IMG/VR virus record: IMGVR_UViG_3300032312_001355
Location: 1-64,000 of that record
Length of the DNA stretch: 64,000 nucleotides
Source of the DNA: a virus
Taxonomy: Duplodnaviria; Caudoviricetes
Strand: one strand, 5' to 3'
Shown: positions 25,977 through 35,966 of the stretch, piece by piece
How the letters are laid out: the number at the start of each line of letters is the position of its first letter
How positions within the stretch are numbered: the first letter of the stretch is position 1
Notes under the pieces: model-generated
The model's input: only the letters and a program-made list of their open reading frames with translations
Database searches by the model: none
What the model was told of the DNA's origin: nothing
Translations under genes and position numbers: made by a program

Positions 25977-26078
25977 ATGGAAGAGGCTATTATGCCAAAA
26001 GCTTTATCTGACAATCAAAAGTCATTTCCAGCAATGAAAGAATCTGAAAAAGACTCTGAAAAAAAGGATAATGTATAA
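25977..26078 (+). CDS. Small hypothetical protein (33 aa, or 28 aa from ATG 25992)
   Basis: Read by hand; stop overlaps the next ATG (TAATG). Confidence 0.45.
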   Translation: MEEAIMPKALSDNQKSFPAMKESEKDSEKKDNV

Positions 26079-26215
26079 TGAGTCTTACAGATAAAGAACT
26101 TTACACAGAGGCAATGATTGCTGCATACAGAAGGCTTATGGATGTAGCTTTCTGGGACCCAGCAGCAGCCGATGATGACGAAGATGCTGAACCTAAAAAG
26201 GAAGAGGATAAATGA
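26078..26215 (+). CDS. 45-aa acidic hypothetical protein
   Basis: Read by hand; coupled to both neighbours (TAATG, ATGA). Confidence 0.6.
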   Translation: MSLTDKELYTEAMIAAYRRLMDVAFWDPAAADDDEDAEPKKEEDK

Positions 26216-26919
26216 AAACCGTAGTGGTTAAGTCTTATCCTGAAGAAGGAATGGCTCTTGCATACCTAAAAGGTGAAGATGTTGTAAAGCAACTAGTTTT
26301 TTATAGTGAACGATTTGGGATTTCTACTCTCATAGATGGCAAGTTTCGCTCATACGCAGAAGGCGATGTAAGTCTTGACGGTAAGTCATTTATCTACATT
26401 GAACCAGCTAACTACAAAGTTGTCCGTGAAATGTTTCAAAGAGCAGAGTCAATGGGTAAATATCTTACTTACAAAGATGTAGAAAAATACAGAGTAGATT
26501 ATGTACTTAAGAAAGCTATGACAGCAGCTGTAGAGACATCTGAAGGATGTCCTCCTGCAACCCAAGATATTGGTATTAATCTTGATAATCGTAAGAACGC
26601 TATTGACACCGCTATGTACGGACCTCTCAATCCTCTAGAACCTAACGATGAGTACTGGGAAGCGATTGCTGACGAATGGTCAGTTGATAAAGAGACTGCA
26701 AAGAAGCAACTTTGTGGCAATTGTGCTGTATTTATTCAGACTCCAAAGATGCTTGATTGTATTGCTTCTGGGCTTGGTAATGAAGAAGGAAATGATGCTT
26801 GGGGCTCAATTGATGCTGGAGATTTAGGGTATTGTGAAGCATTCGACTTTAAATGCGCTGCATCCCGCACATGTCGTGCATGGGTCGCTGGTGGACCAGT
26901 AACAGAGGAGAGCAAGTAA
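26212..26919 (+). CDS. Head-module protein with Cys-rich C-terminal domain
   Basis: CPPATQD..N..NR..A..YGP.NP..CGNC..GYC..FDFKCA..RTC.AW. Confidence 0.75.
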   Translation: MKTVVVKSYPEEGMALAYLKGEDVVKQLVFYSERFGISTLIDGKFRSYAEGDVSLDGKSFIYIEPANYKVVREMFQRAESMGKYLTYKDVEKYRVDYVLKKAMTAAVETSEGCPPATQDIGINLDNRKNAIDTAMYGPLNPLEPNDEYWEAIADEWSVDKETAKKQLCGNCAVFIQTPKMLDCIASGLGNEEGNDAWGSIDAGDLGYCEAFDFKCAASRTCRAWVAGGPVTEESK

Positions 26920-29900
26920 TGGACTATGTTGGCCGCAACGGTTCTAAGGTACTTTTCATCTCCGAAACATTGGGAACAGTTGTTGATGAGTTCCAAAATG
27001 TTGTGCTTGAGCTAGACCTTAAAGAACCTCTTATTGCAGCCACCTACTGGGATAGTAACTCTGAAAGACCTACTGGACCTGCAGTAGAGCTTGCAGCAGC
27101 AGCTCTAACAGATTTAGATATTAAAGTTTTTTCAAACAATGACCGTATGTACACAATTCCTGACTCCGTTGTTGCAGAAGCAAAACGCGGTCTTGAGTGG
27201 CGTAAAGAAGAAAATCGCGGTGGAACATCTGTTGGTCTTAATACTGCTCGCACACTAGCTCGTGGCGGTCAAATTGGTATTCGTAAACTTCGTCATATTG
27301 CTAAATACTTTCCACGTCACGAAGTAGATAAAAAGGGAACTGGCTACAAGCCGGGACAAAAAAATTATCCATCCAATGGTCGCATCGCTTGGGCTCTTTG
27401 GGGTGGAGACGCTGCTCGTTCATGGGCATCTGCAATTGTAGAACGTGAAAATAAGAAGGCTAAGTCAAACTCAATTCTTGCGGGTGGATTAGATCCTATG
27501 CAATATGAGATGCCAAAGAGAGTTAACTACGATTCTTTTATTACCTCAAAGACAATGCCTGAAGATAATGTAATTGAATTTTTTGCCCGTATTCGTTTAG
27601 ACGGATCTGGTATTGATCGCCTGTATCGTATTGAGCCAGCAGGTCACATTTATGTGTGGGATGACGGCGACTGGGATGACATGGGCATGACAGATGCTGA
27701 TATGTCTATGTATGACAAAATTCTTGACGACCCTAACGATAGAACACCTTGCGGACAAATTCCTGTAGATACTGAAACAGCACTTTTCATTGCAGCACTT
27801 CTAGATAACGAACCTTTTATTGCACATAAGGTAGATAAGTTATACCCAGAAGAAAGCAAGATTTATGAAGAAGCATATCCAGATCTTGATATGGATCTAC
27901 TAGATGATTTAGCTCTTCAAGATGAAATGTCTGACTCATGGGATTTTGTAGACGACAGTTTAACTGCTGCAGGAGAAGCTCCAAGTTCTGGATCTAGGGC
28001 AGACAAAGATGGAGATGGAAAGCTAGATAGTGATTTTCTATCCGAAAAGGCTTCTGCTCAACTTCGTGACAAATCAGGTAAATTTGCAAAAATGGGTGGA
28101 CGAGTAGTTATTGGCGGGAACGCAAAGTATCAAGGAAATATTCGTTCTTTAGATGCAACAACACAGACCGTTAAGGTAGAGCTTAATAACGGAAATATGA
28201 TAGATATTCCTGCATCAATGACAGAGCCTTTAGAGTCATATGTTCCTATCCCTAATGCAGTTGCAGAAGGAGAGTTAGATACTTCTGGAATTCTTGGTGA
28301 GCCTCGTACTCCAATGGATTCTCCAATTCGTATGCCAGGAACTCTTCCTCCACTTAACGCATCGAATCTTAATTTAATGCTTACAAACTATCCACAGTGG
28401 GTGTCAGAGCAAAGACTTTCTCCAGACCCACAACCAACTCAAGCTCCTGCAAGTTCTAATCTAAAAACATCAGCACCTCAGCAACCTCAAGGTGTTGAAA
28501 AAGATGTTGCTAAAGACAATCCTTTATATAAGTATTACCCAGAAAAGTTTACAAATTGGACTAAGGAAGTAAATGCTTACAATCTTCCTATCCTTAAGCC
28601 TTGGCTTGAGTCTGGACCAGACAGTCGTCGCAAATACAATCCATTTGTAGATCCAGAAAAAACAAAAAAATTTGTTGAAGAAAAAGGAATTAAATCCCCA
28701 AAGCTTGACTCTAAGGGTCGTCCTCTAAAGGCTTCTGCTGGTGAAGAAAAAGCTATGACACCAGAGACTTCTGATGTATCTATCTTGCATATGGCAATCG
28801 TTTCTCCTGATGATCCTCAGGCAGTAATGGATTTAGTTGCTTTAGTTCCAGCATCTAATAAAACAATTCAACCAACCACATATAGTCGTAAAGATAGTAA
28901 ATGGGTACACGATCCTCAAATCTTAAATGATCTTCAAAGTGCAACTCCTCCACCAGTAATTGTTTTAGATGATGCAACTTTAGTAGATGTACTAGAGCAA
29001 GTTGATAATAAAGCAATCACTGCTGCAGGTGGTGCAGACCGTAATCGTGGAAATGCTGAAAAGCTTCGTCGTTATTGGACCTATGGTAAGGGTGCAGCCA
29101 AGATTCGTTGGAAGACTCCAGGAGACTGGACTCGTTGCTATCGTCAGTTAGCTAAATATATGGGTCCTCGTGCCAAGGGCTATTGCGCCCTTCGTCACAG
29201 AGAGATGAATGGTTATTGGCCAGGAGATAAAAAGAATCAAGAGATGGGCGCTTTTAGTGTCAATACCTTGCACAATTACGATGAACTTTTGAGCACTTTT
29301 GTTATGCGTGCTAAAGCTGCAGATGCTAGAGCAAGAGTAATGACAGCTGGCGGAGATATGGAAAGCCAAGAAGGATCTGAATTCTTCATCCCTCTCGTTA
29401 TACCTGAAGAAGTCGAATCTGGAGACGGAAGAGTTATCGTTAAAGATGCTCTTTCTATTAGAGAGCTTCCACTACCTCTTTTATGGCAAATTCAAACAGG
29501 AGAAGGCCACAATGGGTCTGTCGTAGTTGGAAAAATTGTTTCAATGGAGAGAGTCGATGGCGGAATTGGAAACGCTAAAGGATTTTTCGACAAAGGCTCT
29601 TATGGGCAAGAAGCTGAACGACTAGTTCGTGGTGGCTTCATTCGTGGTGTTTCGGCAGATCTCGATCAATTTGAGGGTGACGAAGAGGTGCCAGAGGTTA
29701 AAGAAACATCTGACACTAAGGTAGAAAGCGGTAAAATAAAGATCAAGAAAGCACGAGTCATGGCTGTGACTTTGGTGCCGAAGCCAGCTTTCCAAGAATG
29801 CTCAATTCAACTCGCCAATGAGCTTGGCGGAGAAGAGGAAGAAGTGAATATCCCTGACGGCGTATATGTCGAAGGAGTAAACCCTCTCGATGCTTCGGCG

Positions 29901-31688
29901 CTTGTTGCTTGCGGAATGATCGCAGGTGCAATTCCAGTTAATCCACCAAAAGAGTGGTTTAACGATCCAAAATTAACAACTGCAACACCACTAACTGTTG
30001 ATGATGATGGTCGTGTATTCGGTCATATCGCAGCTTGGCATGTCGATCATATCGGTATGAGTATGGGAACCAAGCCTCCACGCAGTCGTAGCAAGTATGC
30101 ATATTTTCATACAGGTGTAGTTCGTACAGACGATGGTACAGATGTACCAGTAGGGCAACTAACTCTTGCGGGGGGACACGCATCACTAGAAGCATCTGCC
30201 TCTGAAGCAGTTCGTCACTACGACGACACAGCATCTGCAATTGCAGATGTACATGCTGGAGAAGATGCCTATGGTATTTGGGTAGCTGGATCAGTTCGCC
30301 CAGGATCTACACCAGAACAAATTCGTGCACTTCGTGCATCAGCACCTTCAGGTGACTGGCGCCCAATTAAAAATTCTCTAGAACTAGTTGCTGTATGTCA
30401 AGTAAATGTTCCAGGATTCCCAATCGCTCGTGCTCGTGTTGCATCAGGTTCAGTTATGGCACTCGTTGCTGCTGGTGCAAGTGTTCTTGCACAGATGAAG
30501 AGCGATCCACTTTCAGAAATGAAGGGTCGTATTGAAGCTCTTGAGAAGCCACAAAAGGAAGCTTTAGTTGCCTCAGCAAATGATGCCCGTGCTCGCATTC
30601 AAGCTTTTCAAAACGAACAGCTGAATCAGAAGAAGGCTTTAATTGCTGCAAAGGTAGCAAAAGTAAAACAAGATTCAGATCTTGATTATGACTACATGAA
30701 CGAAATGTTTGATGATAACCCAGAAAATGAAATGGCTGTTATTTCTCGTAAGACTCGTATGCGTCTTGCTGAAGAAGGAAAAGCACTTCCAGATGGTTCG
30801 TACCCAATCCGTAATGCTCAAGATCTAAAGAACGCTATCCGTGCCTATGGCCGCTCAAAGCCAGGAAGCCGTGGAAAGGTAAAGCGCCATATTATGAAAC
30901 GTGCTATTGGACTAAATAAAGAAGAAATCATTCCAGAAAATTGGAAGGGTGCAGCTTCTAATCTAGATGAAATTGTTGCCACTATGAAAACCAGAGCAAC
31001 TTTTGCAGCAGCTTCTATGAATTCAGAAGCAGTTTTTTCAACACAAGAATTTGCTGAAGAACCTGCACCAGAAGAGATTGCTGATCTTACAGATGAAGAA
31101 ATTGAAGTCTTAAGGCAAGAAGCAAAGACTCGTAAGTCACAAGAAAATGATGGTGTCTCAAGAGATCAAGATGGTCGTGTTAAGTACACTCCAGAGACCC
31201 AACCTCGTGATGCCTCAGGAAAGTTCCGTCAGGTGCTAGCCCGTATCAAGCAGGATCTTGGAACCTCTGGTTTGGACCGTGTTCTAGATAAGATTGAAGA
31301 GGCTGAGAACTTTGATAGCACTGGCGATTACGCTGGAGCAGCCAAAGCAGCAGGAGATTTACTCGGAATTATTGACCGATTGGACTCTGGAGCACTAAAT
31401 GCTGAAGCTTTAGAGAACGTTAGAATCAGCGCTGGAGAGCTTGGAAAGGTTATCGCTAACCTACCTTTTGCCTTCGGTGAAGAGTCTCAAAAGATCCGCT
31501 TCTCAGATGTCCCACCAGCACTACGCGACCTCATGGAAGACATGATTACCCGTGTAGAAGACAAGATTGGCCAAGAAGATGCCGATATTGCCACAGAAGA
31601 TTTGAAGAAGTTTATTTCAGGAAGCGAGCTCTACAACCAGTCAGAGATTTCCTCTCAGATGGCTAAGCTCCTTCGCTTACTTACCTAA
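26919..31688 (+). CDS. Multidomain capsid maturation protease (1589 aa)
   Basis: Start at ATG 26919 (TAATG overlap). Prohead serine protease core ESGDGR..LPLPL..GHNG..VVG..GVSAD..VTLV..PAF (~29380-29810); cluster-B-like second domain GRVFGHIA.W..YAYFHTG..HYDDT..GIWVAG..SGDWR..ELVAV..VNVPGFP. Confidence 0.85.
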   Translation: MDYVGRNGSKVLFISETLGTVVDEFQNVVLELDLKEPLIAATYWDSNSERPTGPAVELAAAALTDLDIKVFSNNDRMYTIPDSVVAEAKRGLEWRKEENRGGTSVGLNTARTLARGGQIGIRKLRHIAKYFPRHEVDKKGTGYKPGQKNYPSNGRIAWALWGGDAARSWASAIVERENKKAKSNSILAGGLDPMQYEMPKRVNYDSFITSKTMPEDNVIEFFARIRLDGSGIDRLYRIEPAGHIYVWDDGDWDDMGMTDADMSMYDKILDDPNDRTPCGQIPVDTETALFIAALLDNEPFIAHKVDKLYPEESKIYEEAYPDLDMDLLDDLALQDEMSDSWDFVDDSLTAAGEAPSSGSRADKDGDGKLDSDFLSEKASAQLRDKSGKFAKMGGRVVIGGNAKYQGNIRSLDATTQTVKVELNNGNMIDIPASMTEPLESYVPIPNAVAEGELDTSGILGEPRTPMDSPIRMPGTLPPLNASNLNLMLTNYPQWVSEQRLSPDPQPTQAPASSNLKTSAPQQPQGVEKDVAKDNPLYKYYPEKFTNWTKEVNAYNLPILKPWLESGPDSRRKYNPFVDPEKTKKFVEEKGIKSPKLDSKGRPLKASAGEEKAMTPETSDVSILHMAIVSPDDPQAVMDLVALVPASNKTIQPTTYSRKDSKWVHDPQILNDLQSATPPPVIVLDDATLVDVLEQVDNKAITAAGGADRNRGNAEKLRRYWTYGKGAAKIRWKTPGDWTRCYRQLAKYMGPRAKGYCALRHREMNGYWPGDKKNQEMGAFSVNTLHNYDELLSTFVMRAKAADARARVMTAGGDMESQEGSEFFIPLVIPEEVESGDGRVIVKDALSIRELPLPLLWQIQTGEGHNGSVVVGKIVSMERVDGGIGNAKGFFDKGSYGQEAERLVRGGFIRGVSADLDQFEGDEEVPEVKETSDTKVESGKIKIKKARVMAVTLVPKPAFQECSIQLANELGGEEEEVNIPDGVYVEGVNPLDASALVACGMIAGAIPVNPPKEWFNDPKLTTATPLTVDDDGRVFGHIAAWHVDHIGMSMGTKPPRSRSKYAYFHTGVVRTDDGTDVPVGQLTLAGGHASLEASASEAVRHYDDTASAIADVHAGEDAYGIWVAGSVRPGSTPEQIRALRASAPSGDWRPIKNSLELVAVCQVNVPGFPIARARVASGSVMALVAAGASVLAQMKSDPLSEMKGRIEALEKPQKEALVASANDARARIQAFQNEQLNQKKALIAAKVAKVKQDSDLDYDYMNEMFDDNPENEMAVISRKTRMRLAEEGKALPDGSYPIRNAQDLKNAIRAYGRSKPGSRGKVKRHIMKRAIGLNKEEIIPENWKGAASNLDEIVATMKTRATFAAASMNSEAVFSTQEFAEEPAPEEIADLTDEEIEVLRQEAKTRKSQENDGVSRDQDGRVKYTPETQPRDASGKFRQVLARIKQDLGTSGLDRVLDKIEEAENFDSTGDYAGAAKAAGDLLGIIDRLDSGALNAEALENVRISAGELGKVIANLPFAFGEESQKIRFSDVPPALRDLMEDMITRVEDKIGQEDADIATEDLKKFISGSELYNQSEISSQMAKLLRLLT

Positions 31689-31740
31689 GTAACTAATAAT
31701 CGTACAAATAACCATATAAAAGATAATGTACTATATAAAT

Positions 31741-31850
31741 CAGGTGGAGTGCCTCCACGCATCTAATGCGTCTGAGAGTCCCTCGGCCTCGACTGATAAG
31801 CGAGACGAGAAGCATTAACGCCTTCTTGTCGTAACTGGCCCGGAAAAGGA
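31741..31850 (+). promoter_or_regulatory. Structured 5' leader of the major capsid gene
   Basis: AT-rich -10 region at 31727-31740, then stems GTGGAG/CTCCAC, ACGCAT/ATGCGT, CTCG/CGAG, GACGAGAAG/CTTCTTGTC before RBS AAGGA. Confidence 0.45.
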
Positions 31851-31856
31851 ACAGTA

Positions 31857-33932
31857 ATGGACCAAATTAAAGAATCATTTGATTCCTTGTCTGAACTCTC
31901 TGACGATCAAGTCACTGAACTTCAAAACAAGATCATCAAAGAATTTGAGTCTGTAGAAAAAGAAGATCCTACTCCGCAATCAGTTGACGCAATGTCGTCA
32001 TTAGCCGACATGCTTGACACCGTTCGTGGTGAATTCAAGCGACGCGAGGCCGCGGTTCAAGAGCTCGCACAGCGGGCAGCAGAAGCAGCCTCTCGTGTGT
32101 ACGGCGAAGACAAAGAAAAGGACATGGAGTCCGATTCCTCAGAGGAAATGAAAGAAGAGATGACATCTGAATCAGAAGCTGCAATGGCTGAAGATAAGAA
32201 AGATGAAATGCCTTCTGAAGAAGTTCCTGCAGCCGAAGCTCCTATGGCAGAAGAAATGCCAGTAGAAGAAGAAGCACCAACTCCAGTGATGGATGAGGAA
32301 AAGAAAAAGGAAGAGGAAAAAATGTCCGAAGCGTCAATCGATGCAGATAAGACCGTCGAACTTTCGACAGAATCAAATGAAGTTGTTACCGAAGCAGCTG
32401 CCGCTGTAGAGGCAACCGCTGTTGTTGCAGATGGTGCAGAAGCATCAGAAGCAGAAGCAGCACCTGCAGAAGCAGCACCTGCTGCTGAAGCAGTTGTAAC
32501 AGAAGCAGAGGTAGTAGTTGAAGATGCAGCAGTAGTTGCAGATTCAGAAGCTGCAGTTGCAGAAGTTACAGAAGATGCAGAAGCATCAACCCAAACACAA
32601 ACAGAACCTACAGAGGTTCAAGAAAAGATGGAGGCACCTGTGACCGCCGCTGCAAATGCAGATAACCTCAATATCGAGGTCCCGGCTGACCGTCGCCCTG
32701 TTGCACAGGCATCTGTAGCTCCCGTGGCAATCACTGCGGGTGCTGACATTCCTGGCTACACAGCTGGCAGCCCAATGAACGACATGTATGATGTCGCTTC
32801 AGCGTTCGAAAAGCGTATCCACGCTCTACGTCGCGTTAATGGTGGAGATGGAGAACAACACATTGTTGCATCTGTCGCCACTGTATACCCAGAGTCTCGC
32901 ACCCTTACACAGGATGCAGAGTCAAACTGGGCAAAAGTACAAGCTGTAACTGGCCCAGAAGCACTTGTTGCATCTGGTGGCCACTCAGCACCATTCGAAG
33001 TTAAGTACGACATCTTCGGTCTAGGAACAACAGATCGTCCACTACGCGACGCTCTACCTAAGTTCCAAGCTGATCGTGGCGGTATTCGCTTCGTAACCCC
33101 ACCAGTTCTTAGCTCATATGCTAACGCTGTTGGTATTTGGACCGCAGCAAATGACTCAGCACAGACACCAAACCCAGCTGCAAAGCTTAGTTTGACAGTT
33201 TCTGCTGCAGCAGAAGAGACAGTTGCAACTGATGCTGTAACACTACAGCTACAGTTCGGTAACTTGATGTCTCGTGCGTATCCTGAATTGATCGCTCGCC
33301 ACAATGAGCTTGGTCTTATTCAGCACGCTCGTGAAGCAGAAGGTCAAATCTTGACCCGTCTAACTGCACTTTCAACTGCAGTTACTTCAACTTCACTAAT
33401 CGGTGTAGCTCGTGACTTCCTAGTAACACTAGGTCGCGCAGCAGCTAACTACCGTGGCCGTCACCGTCTAGGTGCAGATGCTCCACTTCGCGTTATTGCT
33501 CCAGCTTGGATCAAGGACGCAATGGCAGCAGATCTAGCTCTACAGATGCCAGGAGATGCAAGTCTCAACGCAGCTTCAGAGATTGATGGCTACATTGCAT
33601 CACGCAACATCAACATCACATACCACATCGATGATTTCACAGGCGCTCAGGGTGCATCAGCACTTAACGAGTTTGCTGATACATTCGTTTGGTACATGTT
33701 CGCTGAAGGAACATTCTTGTTCCTAGATGGCGGTACATTGGATCTTGGTGTTATCCGTGACTCAACCCTCGTTGGCACAAACGACTACAAGATGTTCGTT
33801 GAAACCTTCGAAGGTGTTGCAAAGATTGGTGTTGAAGGACTTGTCGTCACATCAACCATCTCAGTGAACGGTGTAGCAGCAGCTCTCCGTGACACAACAG
33901 GTGGCGCAACAGCCGCGGCAATCGAATACTAA
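31857..33932 (+). CDS. Major capsid (hexamer) protein with N-terminal acidic scaffold-like region
   Basis: 691 aa; E/A-rich N-terminal third, then ITAGADIPG..GG..PFEVKYD..RPLRDALP.FQADRGGIRF..LFLDGGTLDLGVIRDSTL.GTNDYKMFVETFEG. Confidence 0.85.
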   Translation: MDQIKESFDSLSELSDDQVTELQNKIIKEFESVEKEDPTPQSVDAMSSLADMLDTVRGEFKRREAAVQELAQRAAEAASRVYGEDKEKDMESDSSEEMKEEMTSESEAAMAEDKKDEMPSEEVPAAEAPMAEEMPVEEEAPTPVMDEEKKKEEEKMSEASIDADKTVELSTESNEVVTEAAAAVEATAVVADGAEASEAEAAPAEAAPAAEAVVTEAEVVVEDAAVVADSEAAVAEVTEDAEASTQTQTEPTEVQEKMEAPVTAAANADNLNIEVPADRRPVAQASVAPVAITAGADIPGYTAGSPMNDMYDVASAFEKRIHALRRVNGGDGEQHIVASVATVYPESRTLTQDAESNWAKVQAVTGPEALVASGGHSAPFEVKYDIFGLGTTDRPLRDALPKFQADRGGIRFVTPPVLSSYANAVGIWTAANDSAQTPNPAAKLSLTVSAAAEETVATDAVTLQLQFGNLMSRAYPELIARHNELGLIQHAREAEGQILTRLTALSTAVTSTSLIGVARDFLVTLGRAAANYRGRHRLGADAPLRVIAPAWIKDAMAADLALQMPGDASLNAASEIDGYIASRNINITYHIDDFTGAQGASALNEFADTFVWYMFAEGTFLFLDGGTLDLGVIRDSTLVGTNDYKMFVETFEGVAKIGVEGLVVTSTISVNGVAAALRDTTGGATAAAIEY

Positions 33933-34006
33933 AAAGTAAGCGATAGCTAAAAAGTAGTAAGTCAAACCCGAGCAGACACTTAGAAAGAAACAGGAGAAAA
34001 CTAGAA

Positions 34007-34885
34007 ATGGCGTTTAGAGGAATCTATCCAGCACCAGATTTGGTTCACGCACCTTGCGGACTTCTAAGTGTCGCTCGGGTTATGACACACACCACCGCAA
34101 ATTACGATGAGCGTTGGGTTCGTGGCTTTAGTTACGAATTTGATTCACAACCAGAAGTAGAAGTATTTACAGTAAACGATGCAGCTGCTAGTGCAGTTGT
34201 AGGAACATCAACTCTTCCTCAGTTTAAAGAATACGATCCTTTCTTTATTCAAGTAACAGATACCCGTTCATATTTTGGTATTAATGGTGAAGATCGTTTT
34301 GCAATTGCTAGAAAGCAGTTAGAAGCAGCTACACAGAAAGCAATCGAGCTTGAACTTTGGGAAGGTAAAGCTGCAATTGCTGAAACAAATGGGAATGACT
34401 TTTTAAGGGAAACAGGAGTAGCAACCGTTGTAAATAGCGGTGCATTAGCTCCAGCAACAGCACTTATGCTGTTAGAACAAGCAGTTTCTTCATCACCAGC
34501 AGGTACAAACGGAGTCATTCACATGACCCGCGATGTTGCGTCGATTCTTGGATCACGTCTCATCTACTCTCCTGCAGATGGAGGAAAGACAGGTAAAGCA
34601 ATGACACGCTTAGGTACAGAAGTAGTCATTGGTTCTGGTTACACAGGAGCTGGTCGTCTTAGTGACGCCAACACCTCAGCATCTGCTTCAAACAAGTGGA
34701 TGTTTGCAACTGGTCCTGTAGATGTACATCTAAGCAAAATTGAAATTGTGAACGAAAATCTTGGTCAAGGTGCAACTGTAAGTACGAACACAAATGACTT
34801 AACAGTCAGAGCGGTTCGTTCAGCTGCGGTATACTTTGATCCAAGTATCTTCTACACAGTTCGTCTAGCACTACCCACAACCTAG
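34007..34885 (+). CDS. Major capsid pentamer protein (cluster-B-like)
   Basis: 292 aa directly after the hexamer gene; GLLSVA..RWVRG..LEAATQKAIE.ELW.G..GVIHM..TRLGT.VVIGSGY. Confidence 0.7.
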   Translation: MAFRGIYPAPDLVHAPCGLLSVARVMTHTTANYDERWVRGFSYEFDSQPEVEVFTVNDAAASAVVGTSTLPQFKEYDPFFIQVTDTRSYFGINGEDRFAIARKQLEAATQKAIELELWEGKAAIAETNGNDFLRETGVATVVNSGALAPATALMLLEQAVSSSPAGTNGVIHMTRDVASILGSRLIYSPADGGKTGKAMTRLGTEVVIGSGYTGAGRLSDANTSASASNKWMFATGPVDVHLSKIEIVNENLGQGATVSTNTNDLTVRAVRSAAVYFDPSIFYTVRLALPTT

Positions 34886-34912
34886 TAAGAAAAAACAAAG
34901 GAGAACACTGGA

Positions 34913-35959
34913 ATGGCCACTCAGGACTATGCGGCTAGCGTCCAAGGTGTGGCGATCCGAGTCACGAGACTGGACGCCGCTGGCAATCTGCTCAATGGAG
35001 CAGGAGACAGCTACACCACCTCGGCGTTCCTTCGCACATCTTTCACCCCTGAATATGAAGAGGGTGACGAAATCGTTGAGAAGTCAGCAGACGGTACTGT
35101 ATGCGTGTCATACAAGGCCCCTGACACACTCAAGCGCATCACAATGGAACTCGCAATTTGCGAACCAGATACAGAACTTTCACAACTAATCTCTGGCGGT
35201 TTGTTGCTTCGTAAGAACTTCGGTTCTTTTGCATCACCAGATAACAAGTCAGTCGGTTGGGCCGCACCTTCCGTCGGCGATGACCCATCAGGCAACGGTG
35301 TTGCTCTTGAATGCTGGTCTTTTGCTGTCGCAGATGGCCGCCGTGCTTCAACTAACCCATACTTCCACTGGGTATTCCCATACGCAAAGCTTCGCCAAAG
35401 CGGAGACCGCGTTATTGAAAACGGAATGCTTGCCACAACTTTTGAAGGTTATGGACTTGGAAATGTTAACTTTGGTTCAGGTCTAGATGGCCGTTGGGAA
35501 TATCCAGTAGCAACTGAGCGCTCATATTCATATGCTCGCACAAACTACTCACCAACAGGTCTAAAGGGCTTCTATCGCTGGTTTAATAACTCAACAAAGA
35601 CCGTCACAAACAAAGCTCTAACATCAAACATTGCAACACTTACAACAGGTGCTGCACACGGATTTGAAGTTGGTCAGAGCGTAACAGTGAGCTCAGTTGA
35701 TTCAACATTCAACGGTACTTACACAATTACCGCTGTGCCTACAACAACAACCTTCCGCTATGCAAAGACTGCAACAGATGTTGCATCTACAGCAGTTAGC
35801 CCAGCAGGTTCAGTACTCCGCAATCGTGGATACCTTGCAGTATCAGATTTCGCCTCACAAGGGTCAACATCTACATACAACGTTCCAGGTAGCGAAGAAT
35901 ACAACGCAGATCTACCAGTTGACTTTATTATTGCGTCAACCGAGGATCCAACCGCTTAA
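34913..35959 (+). CDS. Major tail (tube) protein with a C-terminal beta-rich accessory module
   Basis: SVQG.AIRVTRLDA.G..FTPEYEEGDEIVEKSADG.VC..LAICEPD; module ATLTT..AHGFEVGQSVTV..FNGTYTITAVP.TTTF.Y. Confidence 0.85.
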   Translation: MATQDYAASVQGVAIRVTRLDAAGNLLNGAGDSYTTSAFLRTSFTPEYEEGDEIVEKSADGTVCVSYKAPDTLKRITMELAICEPDTELSQLISGGLLLRKNFGSFASPDNKSVGWAAPSVGDDPSGNGVALECWSFAVADGRRASTNPYFHWVFPYAKLRQSGDRVIENGMLATTFEGYGLGNVNFGSGLDGRWEYPVATERSYSYARTNYSPTGLKGFYRWFNNSTKTVTNKALTSNIATLTTGAAHGFEVGQSVTVSSVDSTFNGTYTITAVPTTTTFRYAKTATDVASTAVSPAGSVLRNRGYLAVSDFASQGSTSTYNVPGSEEYNADLPVDFIIASTEDPTA

Positions 35960-35966
35960 TTCATTA

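Noticed and set aside
28003-28035. DKDGD as an RNAP active-site motif in the protease ORF
   Set aside because: Isolated in a low-complexity linker; context DKDGDGKLDSD fits an EF-hand-like loop better
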